Of a stretch of 64,000 nt of DNA, positions 28,247 to 39,932 are shown piece by piece. The first letter of the stretch is position 1. Each line of letters opens with the position of its first letter. The position numbers were made by a program, and so were the translations under genes. The DNA comes from an uncultured Verrucomicrobiae bacterium (lineage in GTDB: Bacteria > Verrucomicrobiota > Verrucomicrobiia > Limisphaerales > Palsa-1400): positions 5,344,001-5,408,000 of the forward strand of contig OY969763.1 of NCBI GenBank assembly GCA_963702845.1, written 5' to 3'. The notes beneath the pieces are model-generated. The model was not told where the DNA came from. It searched no databases and worked only from the letters and a program-made list of their open reading frames with translations.

Positions 28247-28789
28247 ATGGCGAACAAATCAGTGTTTTGTCTCTCGATGGATGAAGGACAGGCAATTCGC
28301 ATCGTCGATCGTTTGAAGAACGCCGGCTTTGGGAATAACGATATTTCAGTGCTGTTGCCGGACAAGAGCAGCACGCGCGAGTTCGCCCACGAAAAAGGAA
28401 CGAAAGCTCCGGAAGGCGCGATTACTGGCGTCGGTGCCGGTGGTGTGCTTGGTGGGGCCCTCGGATGGCTGGCAGGAATTGGCGCTTTGGCGATTCCCGG
28501 CGTTGGACCATTGATCGCGGCAGGGCCAATCATGGCGGCGCTGAGCGGAGCGGCGGTGGGTGCGGCGACCGGCGGTATTGTTGGTAGTCTCGTTGGAATG
28601 GGCATTCCCGAATACGAAGCCAAGCGTTACCAGAATCGCGTGCGCGAAGGCAGAATCCTGATTGCGGTGCACTCGGAAAATGCCGACCAAACCCGCAGCG
28701 CGAAGCAGATTTTCGAAGACTCGGGCGCGGAAGATATCGCAACGGCAGGTGAACAAGCGGTCCCCGATCGCGAATCCGTCCGGCGCTAA
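28247..28789 (+). CDS. General-stress membrane protein with glycine-zipper segments
   Basis: DISVL, KAPEGA, GGALGWLAGIGALAIPGVGPLIAAGP, GIPEYEAKRY. Confidence 0.85.
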   Translation: MANKSVFCLSMDEGQAIRIVDRLKNAGFGNNDISVLLPDKSSTREFAHEKGTKAPEGAITGVGAGGVLGGALGWLAGIGALAIPGVGPLIAAGPIMAALSGAAVGAATGGIVGSLVGMGIPEYEAKRYQNRVREGRILIAVHSENADQTRSAKQIFEDSGAEDIATAGEQAVPDRESVRR

Positions 28790-28839
28790 GCGCGAACCGA
28801 TTTAGATGACTCTGCCGTTTAAGCGGCGTAATCGCCGTC

Positions 28840-30075
28840 TTAAACGTATTCCGCTTCTTCGACTTTCAGCGCCTTAACAGTTGGGGTTCCATCGGCGGCT
28901 TCCGGATATTCGAAAATCTTGCCTTCGAAATTCCGCAGCACGATGCGGTCATTGTTGTGGCTGAGCACGTACTCCGGATTGACGGGGATTTTTCCGCCCC
29001 CGCCAGGCGCGTCGATGACGTATTGGGGAACGGCATAGCCGGTCGTGTGGCCGCGCAGTTCCTGCATGATCTCGAGACCTTTGCGGACGCTGGCGCGAAG
29101 ATGCGCAGAGCCGCTGATCAAGTCGCATTGATATAAATAGTACGGCTTCACGCGACAGAGCAGCAGCTTCTGAACCTGTGCGCGCATCGTAACCGGGTCG
29201 TCGTTGACGTTGCGCAGCAGGACAGACTGGTTGCCCATCGGAATGCCGGCATCGGCGAGACGGCCAAGCGCGTCGCGGACTTCGGTCGTCAATTCGCGCG
29301 GGTGATTTGAGTGAACGCTGACGAAGAGCGGATGAAATTTTTTCAAGGTCGCGCAAAGCTCAGGCGTGATGCGTTGCGGCAGGAAAATCGGAATGCGCGT
29401 TCCGATGCGGATAAACTCCAAGTGCGGGATTTGTCTTAAGCGGCTCAGCAAATACTCGATCTTTTCGTCATTGAAGAGCAACGGGTCGCCGCCGCTCAAG
29501 AGGACGTCGCGCACAGTTTTGGTGCGCGCGATATAATCGAGTTGCCGATCAAACTCAGGATGGAAATCGTAACCACTGGCATTGCTGACCAGGCGCGAAC
29601 GCGTGCAATACCGACAATACGACGCGCAACGGTCGGTAACGAGCATCAGGACGCGGTCGGGATAGCGGTGGACCAGACCAGGAACCGGCGAGTGCGAATC
29701 CTCGCCGCACGGATCGCTCATTTCCCAGGGCGCGGTGTTCGCTTCGCCTTCGCGCGGGATGACTTGCCAGCGAATGGGGCAATTTTCGTCCGCTGCATCG
29801 ATCAGGTTGAAAAAGTAAGGCGTGATCGCGATGGACAGTTTGTTGCTGGCAAACAAAGCGCCAGCGTGTTCGTCCGGAGTCAGCGTCGGCAGAAACTTTT
29901 GCAGTTGCGCCAAAGACGTGATTCGATTGCGAAGTTGCCACTTCCAGTCGTTCCAGTCGGTGTCCGAAACGTCGGACCAGAACCCGCGACCGGCAGAACG
30001 GAACTGCTTTAAACTGTTGAGTTTAGCGGAATCAGCCTGGCTGCGGGCCTGAGCCGCGGTACTGTGACTGCTCAT
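28840..30075 (-). CDS. KamA family radical SAM aminomutase (lysine 2,3-aminomutase-like)
   Basis: WNDWKWQ, HRYPDR, CASYCRYCTR, SGGDP, NQSVLL, PLP-lysine motif APGGGGKIP. Confidence 0.95.
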   Translation of the reverse strand: MSSHSTAAQARSQADSAKLNSLKQFRSAGRGFWSDVSDTDWNDWKWQLRNRITSLAQLQKFLPTLTPDEHAGALFASNKLSIAITPYFFNLIDAADENCPIRWQVIPREGEANTAPWEMSDPCGEDSHSPVPGLVHRYPDRVLMLVTDRCASYCRYCTRSRLVSNASGYDFHPEFDRQLDYIARTKTVRDVLLSGGDPLLFNDEKIEYLLSRLRQIPHLEFIRIGTRIPIFLPQRITPELCATLKKFHPLFVSVHSNHPRELTTEVRDALGRLADAGIPMGNQSVLLRNVNDDPVTMRAQVQKLLLCRVKPYYLYQCDLISGSAHLRASVRKGLEIMQELRGHTTGYAVPQYVIDAPGGGGKIPVNPEYVLSHNNDRIVLRNFEGKIFEYPEAADGTPTVKALKVEEAEYV

Positions 30076-30143
30076 TTTCGTTAATGCGACTATCTAACCT
30101 CAGGTGGCAGGTGTCAAGTTGAGGGAAAAGAGGATTCGGACGA

Positions 30144-30224
30144 AAGGCTAAAGGCTAAAGGCAGAAAAAAGCGAACGTCCAACGTCCAGCGTTCATGATT
30201 GAACGTGGAACGCTGGACGTTCGC
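30144..30224 (-). terminator. Terminator-like hairpin built from heptamer repeats, plus an (AAGGCTA) run
   Basis: Arms GCGAACGTCCAACGTCCAGCGTTC and GAACGTGGAACGCTGGACGTTCGC; A6 at 30165-30170 gives a U-tract on the minus strand, just after the stop at 30232. Confidence 0.65.
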
Positions 30225-30231
30225 GCGAATT

Positions 30232-31893
30232 CTATTGTGATTCAGGTGCCGTCACTGCTGGTTCGGCGGCTGTTTCCGCTGGTGCGGATTGTTCAGGCGC
30301 GGCTTCGGTTGTAGCAACGGCCAGTGATTCGGTTGGAACCTCGACCGGTGCGGCATCGGTTTCCGCATTCGCTTGAGGCGCGGCCTCAGCTGCGGGCGCT
30401 TCTGTGGGTACAGGAGCAGGGGCAGCTTTTTCCGGCTTCGGCGGTTTCACGACGGGCTTTTTGGCCGTTTCGACAATGCCGTTGGCGAATTCGATGACGT
30501 GGCCCTGATGAATCAACCAGTGCAAGTCCGCCACGAGCACGGCTTGTTCGGGCGTCGGTTCGGGATTCGCAGCCGGTGCGGCCTGTTGTGCCGGTTGGTC
30601 GCCGTTGGCAGCGGGGGCTTCGGCAGCGGGGGCCGGTGCTGGTGTCGGCGAAGGTGCCAACGCCTGGATCAATTTGCGACGGGTACACTTCGAGTTCTTG
30701 TTGATGAACTCGACGATTTTGCGAACGCCTTCGGAAACGGGCGTTGCTTCGAGATCTAGATAATGCGGACGCGCAACGGACACGTGCGTGACCGTTTTGT
30801 TGACCTTGAAGAACTGCAGGCCTTCCGCAGCAAGTTTTTGGCTCAGGGTAGTCGCGAGTTTCAGTGGGAAACGGCGTTGATCTTCCCAGGCGGCGCGCAT
30901 CGCGCGTTGCAAGTTGGCCGATTTAAGTTCGCGGCTGGCCGGACCACCCATCGTATGGGTCTCGACCTGCTTGATGATGTTCGATAAATGCGTTTCGCGG
31001 AAATGTTTTTCGACCTCTTCGCGACTGGTCAGGCGCTTAGGCTCGGGGACATTGAGGCAATCGAATTCGGTGCGAAAACTGCGGTCTTCGATCCACTTTT
31101 TGACGACCGCTTCGTCCTTCACGATTTTGACGCGGGCCTTGAACATGTCGAAGGGCATGCGCGCGAAACGTTCCTGGTGCAGCTTGTGCAACTGGTTCTG
31201 GTAATCGTGATAATTGGGCGGGCCGAGAATGGCACCGCTCATGCCGCATTGGGCCACGAACGTGTAAACACCCTTAGGCGGCTCGATGGCGGTGCGTTCA
31301 GCTTTGTAGAACGTGTCGAAATGTTTCTGCAGAACGTGACTCACGGCTTCCTGTTCGCTCAGCCAAAGGGTGTCGTCGAGCGCGCAAAGGAAGAGCGGTT
31401 GAACAACCTTGCCGTCTTTCTTCTCGGTATCGAATCGGACGAGCTGGCGCTCCGGCTTCTGCAAAATCAATTGTGCGATGTCGAACAATGGATATGCGCG
31501 GCCGGTAGTGCGGATCTGGCGCGCGAGCACGTCGATAGCCGTCGTGTCGGGCAGAAAGGTGATTTCGATTTCCGGAAGCGGCAATGGCTCACGGCGTTCG
31601 AAACGGTCGCCGGCAGGACGACCGCCTCCATCTGGACGGGGGCCGCGTGGGCCGCCGCGTTGGTCGCCACCCGGACGAGAACCGGACGGACGATTGCCGC
31701 GAGCTTGCGGGCCGCGAGGGCCCCCGCTATCGCGTTGGCCAGGCGGACGATCACGGCGCGGACCACGACCACGTTCAGGACGATCTTCGCCGCTGTGGCC
31801 GGCGTATTTATTAAGGGATGGAGAGACTTGAGCCCAAGCGGGCAGAAAAAGCTTCTCTAAATCCAATTCGGAATCTGGCGACACACTACTCAT
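30232..31893 (-). CDS. Hypothetical protein with RG/P-rich disordered N-terminus and Ala/Pro/Glu-rich C-terminus
   Basis: Long ORF with typical codon usage and a globular core (RAYPLFDIA, LGPPNYHDYQ, DLHWLIHQGHVIEFANG). Confidence 0.85.
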   Translation of the reverse strand: MSSVSPDSELDLEKLFLPAWAQVSPSLNKYAGHSGEDRPERGRGPRRDRPPGQRDSGGPRGPQARGNRPSGSRPGGDQRGGPRGPRPDGGGRPAGDRFERREPLPLPEIEITFLPDTTAIDVLARQIRTTGRAYPLFDIAQLILQKPERQLVRFDTEKKDGKVVQPLFLCALDDTLWLSEQEAVSHVLQKHFDTFYKAERTAIEPPKGVYTFVAQCGMSGAILGPPNYHDYQNQLHKLHQERFARMPFDMFKARVKIVKDEAVVKKWIEDRSFRTEFDCLNVPEPKRLTSREEVEKHFRETHLSNIIKQVETHTMGGPASRELKSANLQRAMRAAWEDQRRFPLKLATTLSQKLAAEGLQFFKVNKTVTHVSVARPHYLDLEATPVSEGVRKIVEFINKNSKCTRRKLIQALAPSPTPAPAPAAEAPAANGDQPAQQAAPAANPEPTPEQAVLVADLHWLIHQGHVIEFANGIVETAKKPVVKPPKPEKAAPAPVPTEAPAAEAAPQANAETDAAPVEVPTESLAVATTEAAPEQSAPAETAAEPAVTAPESQ

Positions 31894-32072
31894 GAGAAAT
31901 CGATTTTGTGGGTTCTTTCCGTTTGGCTGGAAGCCATCCCCGAAAGCATCGGGGCTGAGGAAAACACCGCTGTATTTTCATATAGCATGGGCGGGCTTTG
32001 GGCGGATTGCAAGTGCAGGAGTGGGCCAATAACCGGTTGAAACGGGTGCCACGTTTGCAGACACTAGCGTCG

Positions 32073-34669
32073 ATGAAAGCCATTCTGAGGACTTTGCTCA
32101 TGGCCGTACTATTGGCGACCCGGGCCAGTGCGGGTGAACCAATTCGAGTTGATTTGGACTATTTTCCTTCGCGTTTGCACGCGTTTGTTTTCCGCAATTG
32201 GGACATCGTGCCGGTAGAACGAATTGCGAAAGGGTTGGGAACAGATGCGCGGACAGTGGGCAAAGTTGCCAAGGCGATGGGCCTGCAAAGTCCGGAGCGT
32301 ATCACCGCCGAAATGCAGCGGCGAAATGTGGAGATCATCATTCGGCGCAATTGGCCGCTGGCGCCTCGTGGGCAGATTGAACAGCTTCTTGGGTATTCGG
32401 CGAAGGAGTTGGATGAATTTCTAGGGAAAGAAATTTTTTTGCGGGCGCTGTTAGCCGCGCCGCCACCCGGGCTAACGCCGCTCCAGTACGAGGAACCAAC
32501 CGCTGAAATTTCAGAACGCGTGAAATGGTTTAATAAACATACCAAGCAACACCAGGCTGCCGTTGCATCCGGACCGGTTGAGCCGAGAATGTTTTTTACG
32601 AACGAACTATGCCGCGCTCACGATCCGGCTGATTTCGTGCCGGGAACGAAACCAAAACCGGGTGATGCGGCCTTGAGAAGAGGGTGGACGTTGGTGATGT
32701 ATGATAAAACTCCGTTTCTTGGAGAGCGCGGCTGGGGATTTTGTTGATTATTGCAAGACGGTTCAGCGGGTGAAGTTGCGGACGGTGATTGGGAAACGCG
32801 TCGTTGCGGATAAGAACAGTATTATTGTTTGGCAGGACGGAAAGTTAAAGGCGCCGGGGGAATTTGCGTTGGATATCGGTTCTGACATGGTTGGAGTTCG
32901 CGCGGCGGATGAGCGGGCGATGGCGCGCGGTTTGATTGAACTTGAGCGACGGATGGGCGAGCGCGGCGGTCCGTTTCTCAGTTCGTGCCACGATACGATG
33001 ACGCCGTCGTTCACGCCGCGATATGTCTCGTCGTATTTTTCGTTGCTGACGGATGTGCTCGGGCAGGACGTGGTGGATCCGTTTCCAGAAGAATACTTGA
33101 ATCGCATCGCGCATCAGGACGCGGATGGTATCTGGATTTATACGTTGCTGCAGGATTTGGTGCCGTCGCCGGTGTTTGAAGGAATGGGCGTCGGCAGCGA
33201 ACAACGTCTGGTGCACTTGCGCGAAATCGTGCGGCGTGCGGAGCGACACGGTCTGAAAGTGTATTTGTATTTCAACGAACCGCGCGCGCAGTTTTTGCCG
33301 TTTTTCGACAAATATCCGCAGGTCAAGGGTCAGCCCGAAGGCAACACGGCGGCGCTTTGCACTTCGACTGAACTGGTGCAACAACATCTGCGCGGGTCGT
33401 GCAAAAAATTGTTCGAGGAAGTGCCGGGCCTGGGCGGGATTTTTGTCATCACGGCGAGCGAGAACTTGTGCAACTGCTACTCGCATGCGCACGGCGGTGT
33501 CACGGCATGTCCCCGTTGTTCGAAACGTTCACCGAGCGACGTCATTGCCGAATCAATTCGTTGCATGGCGGAAGGGGTTTGGGCCGCAGCACCGGGCGCG
33601 CAGGTGATTGTGTGGGATTGGAGCTGGCATTCGTTGTTCGGGGAGGCGGTCCCGGGCGACATCATTAAGAAATTGCCGAAGGGCGTTGGGCTCATGGCTG
33701 ATTTCGAACGTGGCATCGCGCATCGTTCGCGGTGGTGTGCCGATGAATGTCGAAGAGTATTCGATTTCGACCATCGGTCCGTCTCCTCGCGCTAAACTGC
33801 GCGCTCAACAGGCCGCGGAAAGTGATTTGAAGTTCTTTGCGAAGGTTCAACTTTCGACGACGTGGGAATGCGGCACGGTGCCGTTTATTCCGGTGCCGAA
33901 TCTGATCGCGCGGAAAGCGATTGCGATGCGCGATATCGGCGTGCGGGGCGCGATGGAAACGTGGACGATTGGAAGTTATCCATCGCCGAACACGGAGGCG
34001 TTCGCCGTGGCGCAATGGAATCCGCAGTTCTCCGAAAAGGAGGTCTTGAGGTATGTGGCCCAGCGACGTTACGGAGTTGAAGCGGCTGACGAAGTCGCGC
34101 GCGCGTGGACAAAAATGAGCGACGCGTTTGCAGAATTTCCATTCTCCAGTTCGCCTTATGCTTCACCGTTGCAACACGGGCCTTCGATGCCGTGGTATGC
34201 AAAACAAATCCCGCGCCCGTATGGTCACGCATCTTTGTTCAATCCGAAAGATGATTGGCGCGACTGGACGCCGCCGTATTCGCAGGAATTGATGGCGAAA
34301 CTCCTCCGGGATCTGAGCGCGAAATGGGAAGAAGGGATGGCCGATTTCAAAAAAGCGATGGAACGTATGCCAAAACCGCGCCGCTCAACAGCCGAACGGG
34401 ATCTCGGAGTAGCGTGGATGGTTGATTATACATATCGCGCATACGCGAACGCTTTGCATTTTTACGGAGCGCGCGACGGCGGCGATCACGCGACGATGGT
34501 AAAAATTGCGACCGAAGAAATTCAGGCGACCGAAGACGCGCTGCGCCACGTGAACGGGGACTCAAGGCTCGGGTGGGAAGCGGAGTTGCAATATTTTTAC
34601 AGGCCGAATGACGTGCTGGAGCGGCTGTTGTCGCTGGATGCCGTGGCGGAGCCTCTGCCGGGCCTGTAA
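32073..34669 (+). CDS. Large secreted hypothetical protein, possibly glycoside hydrolase-like; split by 2 frameshifts (~32700 and ~33715)
   Basis: Three consecutive overlapping ORFs (31998.., 32701.., 33608..). Signal peptide, a GH20/GH67 N-domain-like segment, HGLKVYLY. Confidence 0.6.
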
Positions 34670-34820
34670 GGGCTTTCATTACGATTTGTAAGGTTTTTGA
34701 ATTGCTATAGCGGGGCATGTCGTCCAAAATAGGCGCGCATCATTTCTCTCGTAGTCCAGACGACCAGTGGTGCGAGGCTGTCTGTAGGGGAAATCATTAC
34801 AAAGCTAAGATTGAAAAGAT

Positions 34821-36063
34821 ATGTCAGATGAAATGAAGTCGCCGACGGTTGAGACGACTGAACCGGTCATTCATAATACGGCCCCGCGCTGGAGATGGAG
34901 AATTGGCGCGGCGGCAGCGATGTGCGTCATCGCATATTGGATCGTCCATGCGCGCGGGACACATGCTTCATCCACCAGCGAAGCGACGGACACAACTGTG
35001 CCGGTTGCGGCGGTGAAGGTTGAGCGACATGATTTGTCGTTGCAGCAGAGTTTCGAAGCGGAGTTTCGGCCTTACCAGGAGGTGGAGATTGTATTCGAAA
35101 GTGTCCGGTTTCCTGCAAAATATCAGCGTCGATGTCGGCGATCGTGTTCAAGCAGGACAGGTGATTGCGAACATTGAAGTGCCCGAATTGAAGGACGATC
35201 TGGCGCATGCAGTTGCCGTCCAGCAACGCAGCGAGGCGGACGTGAAGCGCGCGGAATTCGACCATGAAGACACGCATCTGTCATTTACCCGGACGTTGTC
35301 GGCGGACAAGGAGCAACCAAATTTGATCGCGCAGCAGGATATTGATCGCGTTCGCGCGAAGGACGAAGAGGCTGACGCGGCGTTTGTTAGCAGCGCGCGA
35401 CCAGGTAGCGGTTGCGGTTGCCGACGTGAAGAAGCTTAATACGATGCTGAGCTTCTGCAAGATCACCGCGCCGTTCGGCGGTGTGATTACGAAACGGTCG
35501 ATCGATCCGGGCGCGTTGGTTCACGGGACGTCTTCGACCAGCCCGCTTGTGCGTTTGTCGCAAAACGACAAGTTGCGTTTGAATATTTCCTGTCTCGGTG
35601 TCTTACGTGCCGATCATCAAAGAGGGAGATCGCGATTCAAATCTATATTGGTTCGTTCAAACCAATTTCACCGGGAACGATTTCGCGATTCACACGCAAG
35701 ATCGACACCGCCACCCGCACGATGGAGGTCGAAGCGGACGTGACGAATGCCGATCTGAATCTTGTGCCAGGAATGTATGCGGCGGTCAAAGTTACGACAG
35801 AGCGGCACAATCAGGCGTTGGCGCTGCCGATTGAGGCCGTTTCGCGCCAGAAATCGTCAACGGTGTTTTTGGTCAACAAGCAAAGGCGAAATCGAAGAAC
35901 GCACGGTCACCACTGGATTGGAAACTGCCCACGTGAAGTGGAGATCGTTGAGCGGATTGAGCGAAGGAGACACGGTGATGATTGGCAGTCGTTCGCAGGT
36001 TCGCGTCGGGTCAAAAAGTACTCGCCCAAGTTGCTTGTCGCGAGCGCCAGCAACAACCAGTAA
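34821..36063 (+). CDS. RND efflux periplasmic adaptor (MFP), multiply frameshifted
   Basis: Fragments YSKVSGFL..VDVGDRVQAGQ, ITAPFGGVIT, TRTMEVE, LVPGMYA lie in successive frames. Confidence 0.85.
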
Positions 36064-36070
36064 TCGGCTT

Positions 36071-36777
36071 ATGGCAACTCCCCTTACTGCCGAACAACTG
36101 CAAGCTTTGCGCAGTTTAAGCACCTGCGCGGTGGCCAATGCTATCGAGACTTTGAAACCCGTTTGCGCAACGAAGGGTTTTCCGGGGCTGGAATTCGGGC
36201 CGATGTTCCCACAGCAAAAGCCGGTGGTCGGTTATGCCGTGACGGTGAAGATCCGATCTTCGTCGCCTCCGCCGGAAGGCCACAATTATTTGGAACACAC
36301 CGAGTGGTGGAATCAGAATTTGAAGAGCTCCCGCGCCGCGTATGGTTGTGATCGAGGATGTTGATCCGCAAGTCGGCCTCGGTGCATTGGTGGGTGAGGT
36401 GCATGCGAATATTTTGAAGAGCTTTGGGTTGCGTCGGAGTGGTGACAAATGGAGCGGTGCGCGATTTGCCTGCGCTTTGGAGGCTGCTGGGTTTGCGGCG
36501 TTTGCCGGCGGAATTTCGGTGTCGCACGCCTATGCGCATATGGTTGAGATAGGCATGCCAGTCGAGATCGCCGGTTTGAAAATCGAAACGGGAGATTTGT
36601 TGCACGCGGATTGTCACGGAGTGATTTCGATTCCGACAAAAATCGCAGCCGAAGTGCCAGCGGTTGCCGTGCGAATGATCGCGCGCGAAAAGGAAGTTAA
36701 TTCTTTGTGCAAACCCGACGGTGAACGTAGAGGAATTGCGTTCGGCAATTAGAAAATTTCGCAGCGCTCCTGTTTAG
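36071..36777 (+). CDS. RraA / HMG-aldolase family protein, frameshifted
   Basis: STCAVANAIE, VGYAVTVK, ALVGEVHAN, GDLLHADCHGV. Confidence 0.8.
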
Positions 36778-36782
36778 AACTT

Positions 36783-39700
36783 ATGTCCCGTTTTTCGCTT
36801 CGCTATCCATATTTTATCATCGTTTGCTGCCTGGTGGTGTGCGTCGTTGGCATCACGAGCCTCGTGCGCATGCCGGTGGATTTGTTTCCGACGATTCGCA
36901 TTCCAGTTGTTGTCGTCGCGACGTTTTATTCGGGCATGCCGCCGGAACAGATCGAGAACGGATATCACCGGGCGGTTTGAGCGGTTTTTCACGTTGGGCA
37001 GCGGCATCGATCACATCGAGTCACGTTCGTTGCCGGGTGTGAGTTTGATCAAGGTGTATTTCCAGCCGGGCGTGAATGCGGATTCGGCGGTGACGACGAT
37101 TGCGAATTTGGCGGCGGCGAATTTGCGAAGTTTGCCGCCGGGAACATTGCCGCCGGTTGTGTTGAAATTTGATGCGTCGAGTTTGCCGGTTTGCTTGATC
37201 ACCTTGAAAGGCGAGGGGATGAAGGAAGCGGAGTTGCGCGATCACGGCCAATACACCGTGCGTAATCAGGTGGCGAACGTGCCGGGCGCGTCGGTGCCGC
37301 AGCCGTTCGGTGGGCGTTATCGCCAGATCATGGTGTACGTGGATCCGCTGAAACTCGAGGCGCATCAGTTGAGCGTGATGGACGTGGTGCGCGCGGTGAA
37401 TGATTCGAACCTGATTCTGCCGGCGGGTGACGTGAAGATCGGGCCGTTTGATTACAATATTTATGCGAACAGCCAGCTTCGCGATATTGAGGACATTAAT
37501 AAGCTGCCGTTGAAGACGATTGGCGGCGCATCGGTGATGGTGGCTGATATCGGCGAAGCGAAAGACGCGTCGCAGATCCAGAACTCGAAGGTGCGCGTGG
37601 ATGGTCAGCCTTCGGTTTATTTGCCGGTGCTGAAGCAAGGCGGTGATGCGAATACGATTTCGGTGGTCAATGGAATTAAAGACGCGGTGGCAAATCTCGT
37701 CGATATCCCGGCGAATCTGGTGACAAAGGTGGTGTTCGATCAATCGGTGTTCGTGAAGAACGCGATTGAAAATCTGATTCATGAAGGCGCAATTGGATTG
37801 ATTCTGACCGGGATTGATGATTTTGGTGTTCCTCGGTAGCGCGCGCGCGACGTTGGCGGTGTTTCTTTCGATTCCATTTCAGCGCTGGCGACGTTCATCG
37901 CGCTTTCGTTCGGGGATAATTCGATCAACTCGATGATTCTTGGTGGGCTGGCGTTGGCGTTTTCGCGGTTGATCGATAACTCGGTCGTGGTGTTGGAAAA
38001 TATTTTCCGGCACCTGGAAATGGGTGAGTCGCCGGAAGTCGCCGCGGAGAAGGGCGGCAAGGAAGTGGCGTTGCCGGTGATTGTCGGCGACGTTGACGGC
38101 GGCGATTGTGTTTTTCCCGGTCATGTTTCTTTATGGTGTGAGCCGGTTTTTATTCACGGCGTTGGCGCTGGCGGTCATCATTTCGTTGTTCGCATCGTAT
38201 TTCGTGGCGATGACGGTGGTGCCGCTTGTTCTGCGCGAAATTTATCAAGAGCGGCGCATGGCGAACATGGAGCGGCGCATGAAGGCCGAAGAATTTCGGC
38301 GCGAAAGTTCAACATGTGGTTCAACACGCAGTTTCATCGCATGCTCGATAAATATGGCGGTTATTTGAAGCTGTCGTTGTTGCGGCCGGCGGCGACGGTC
38401 ATTGGCATTCTTGGAGTTTTTGTTCTCAGCTTTGGCCTCGCGCCTTTTGTCGGCGTTTCCTACTTCCCGAAAACTGACCCGGGTCAATTCGTCATCAATG
38501 TCAAAGCGCCCACAGGCACGCGTCTGGAGAATACCGAAGAATATGTGAAGAAGATCGAGCAGATCATTCGCGAAGAAGTTTCGCCGGACGAATTGGATGT
38601 GATTGTTTCGAACATCGGCGTGACGCCCGGGTTTTTCGTCGATGTATACGAGCAACTCGGGCCAACACACCGCAACGGTGCAGGCGAGCCTCAAGGAAAA
38701 GCATCGAAGGTCGGCAGCTATGAATATATGGCGCGGGTGCGGCGGCGGTTGCAGCAAGGAGCTTGCCGCAGGTGAACGCGTATTTTCAATCCGGCGGTTT
38801 GGCGGATGCGGTGTTGAATCTCGGTTTGCCCGCGCCGATCGACGTGCAGGTCAGCGGTTCGAACATCGAAGAGACGCACAAAATCGCGACTGACATCGCG
38901 CAGCAGGTCCCGCCTTGCCGGGCGTCAGCGACGTGCTCGTGCCGCAGGATATGGATTATCCGGCGTTGCAGTTCGAAGTGGATCGCAAACGCGCGAGTGA
39001 GTTGGGGCTGACTTCAAAGGAAGTGGTGCATAACGTCATCACGGCGTTGGTTTCGGACCAGATGATCGCGCCGAGTTATCTGGGTGGATCCAAAGAGCGG
39101 CAATGATTACATGCTGACGGTCCAGTATCCCGAACACCTGGTGAAAAATTTGTCCGACGTGGAATCGATCCCGATCCGGTCGCAATCGAACCCCAATTCG
39201 ACGCGCCTCGACACGGTCACCACGCTCAAGCACATCCATGCGCCGACGGAGGTGGACCATTACCAACTGCGGCGCGTGATGGACGTGTATGTGTCGCCGT
39301 CTGGCGAAGACCTGGGCAGCCTCGCTGCCAGCATCGACAAAATTGTCGCGAAGACGTCGATTCCCGAAAAATGTGCGCATTAATTTGCGCGGCATGGTGC
39401 AGGGCATGCGCATTTCGTTTAAGAGTTTTGGGATGGGATTATTGCTGGCTGTGCTGCTCGTGTATCTGGTTCTCGTCGCGCAGTTCCAATCGTTTGTTGA
39501 TCCATTGATCATTCTGCTGGCGGTGCCGACTGGGTTGACCGGCGTGTTGGTGATTCTGTTTCCTGACCGGCACGACGCTGAACGTCATGTCGCTCATGGG
39601 CGTGGTGATGATGGTGGGGATTGTCACCTCGAACAGCATTCTGATTGTTGAGTTCACGCGTCGTTTGCGCGACGACGGCAAATCAGTGCGCGAAGCGGTG

Positions 39701-39931
39701 GCATTGTCGTGCCGCGTTCGTTTGCGCCCGGTGTTGATGACGTCGTTGGCAACGTTGATCGGCTTGATTCCGATGGCGATGAAACTGGGCACCGGCAGTG
39801 AAGCTTATGCGCCGCTGGCGCAAGCGATCATCGGCGGACTCGCCGTTTCCGTGGTGTTGACGGTGTTCATCGTTCCCGCAGCCTATCTGTTGGTTCACGG
39901 CAAAGAAGACACAAAGCCAGTCACAACGTAA
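36783..39931 (+). CDS. RND efflux permease (AcrB/NolG-like), multiply frameshifted
   Basis: MPVDLFP, IDNSVVVLENI, FPKTDPG, SNSILIVEF, RLRPVLMTSLAT and PLAQAIIGGL are spread over about 10 frame segments. Confidence 0.9.
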
Positions 39932-39932
39932 C

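Noticed and set aside
31893..32070. Possible riboswitch or ncRNA in the divergent intergenic region
   Set aside because: Only a short hairpin is evident, with no recognisable riboswitch consensus. An Rfam/Infernal scan would be needed.
35762..36364. ORF joining the MFP C-terminus to the RraA N-terminus
   Set aside because: This is a product of frameshifts; the MFP stop at 36061-36063 and RraA ATG at 36071 give a normal arrangement.
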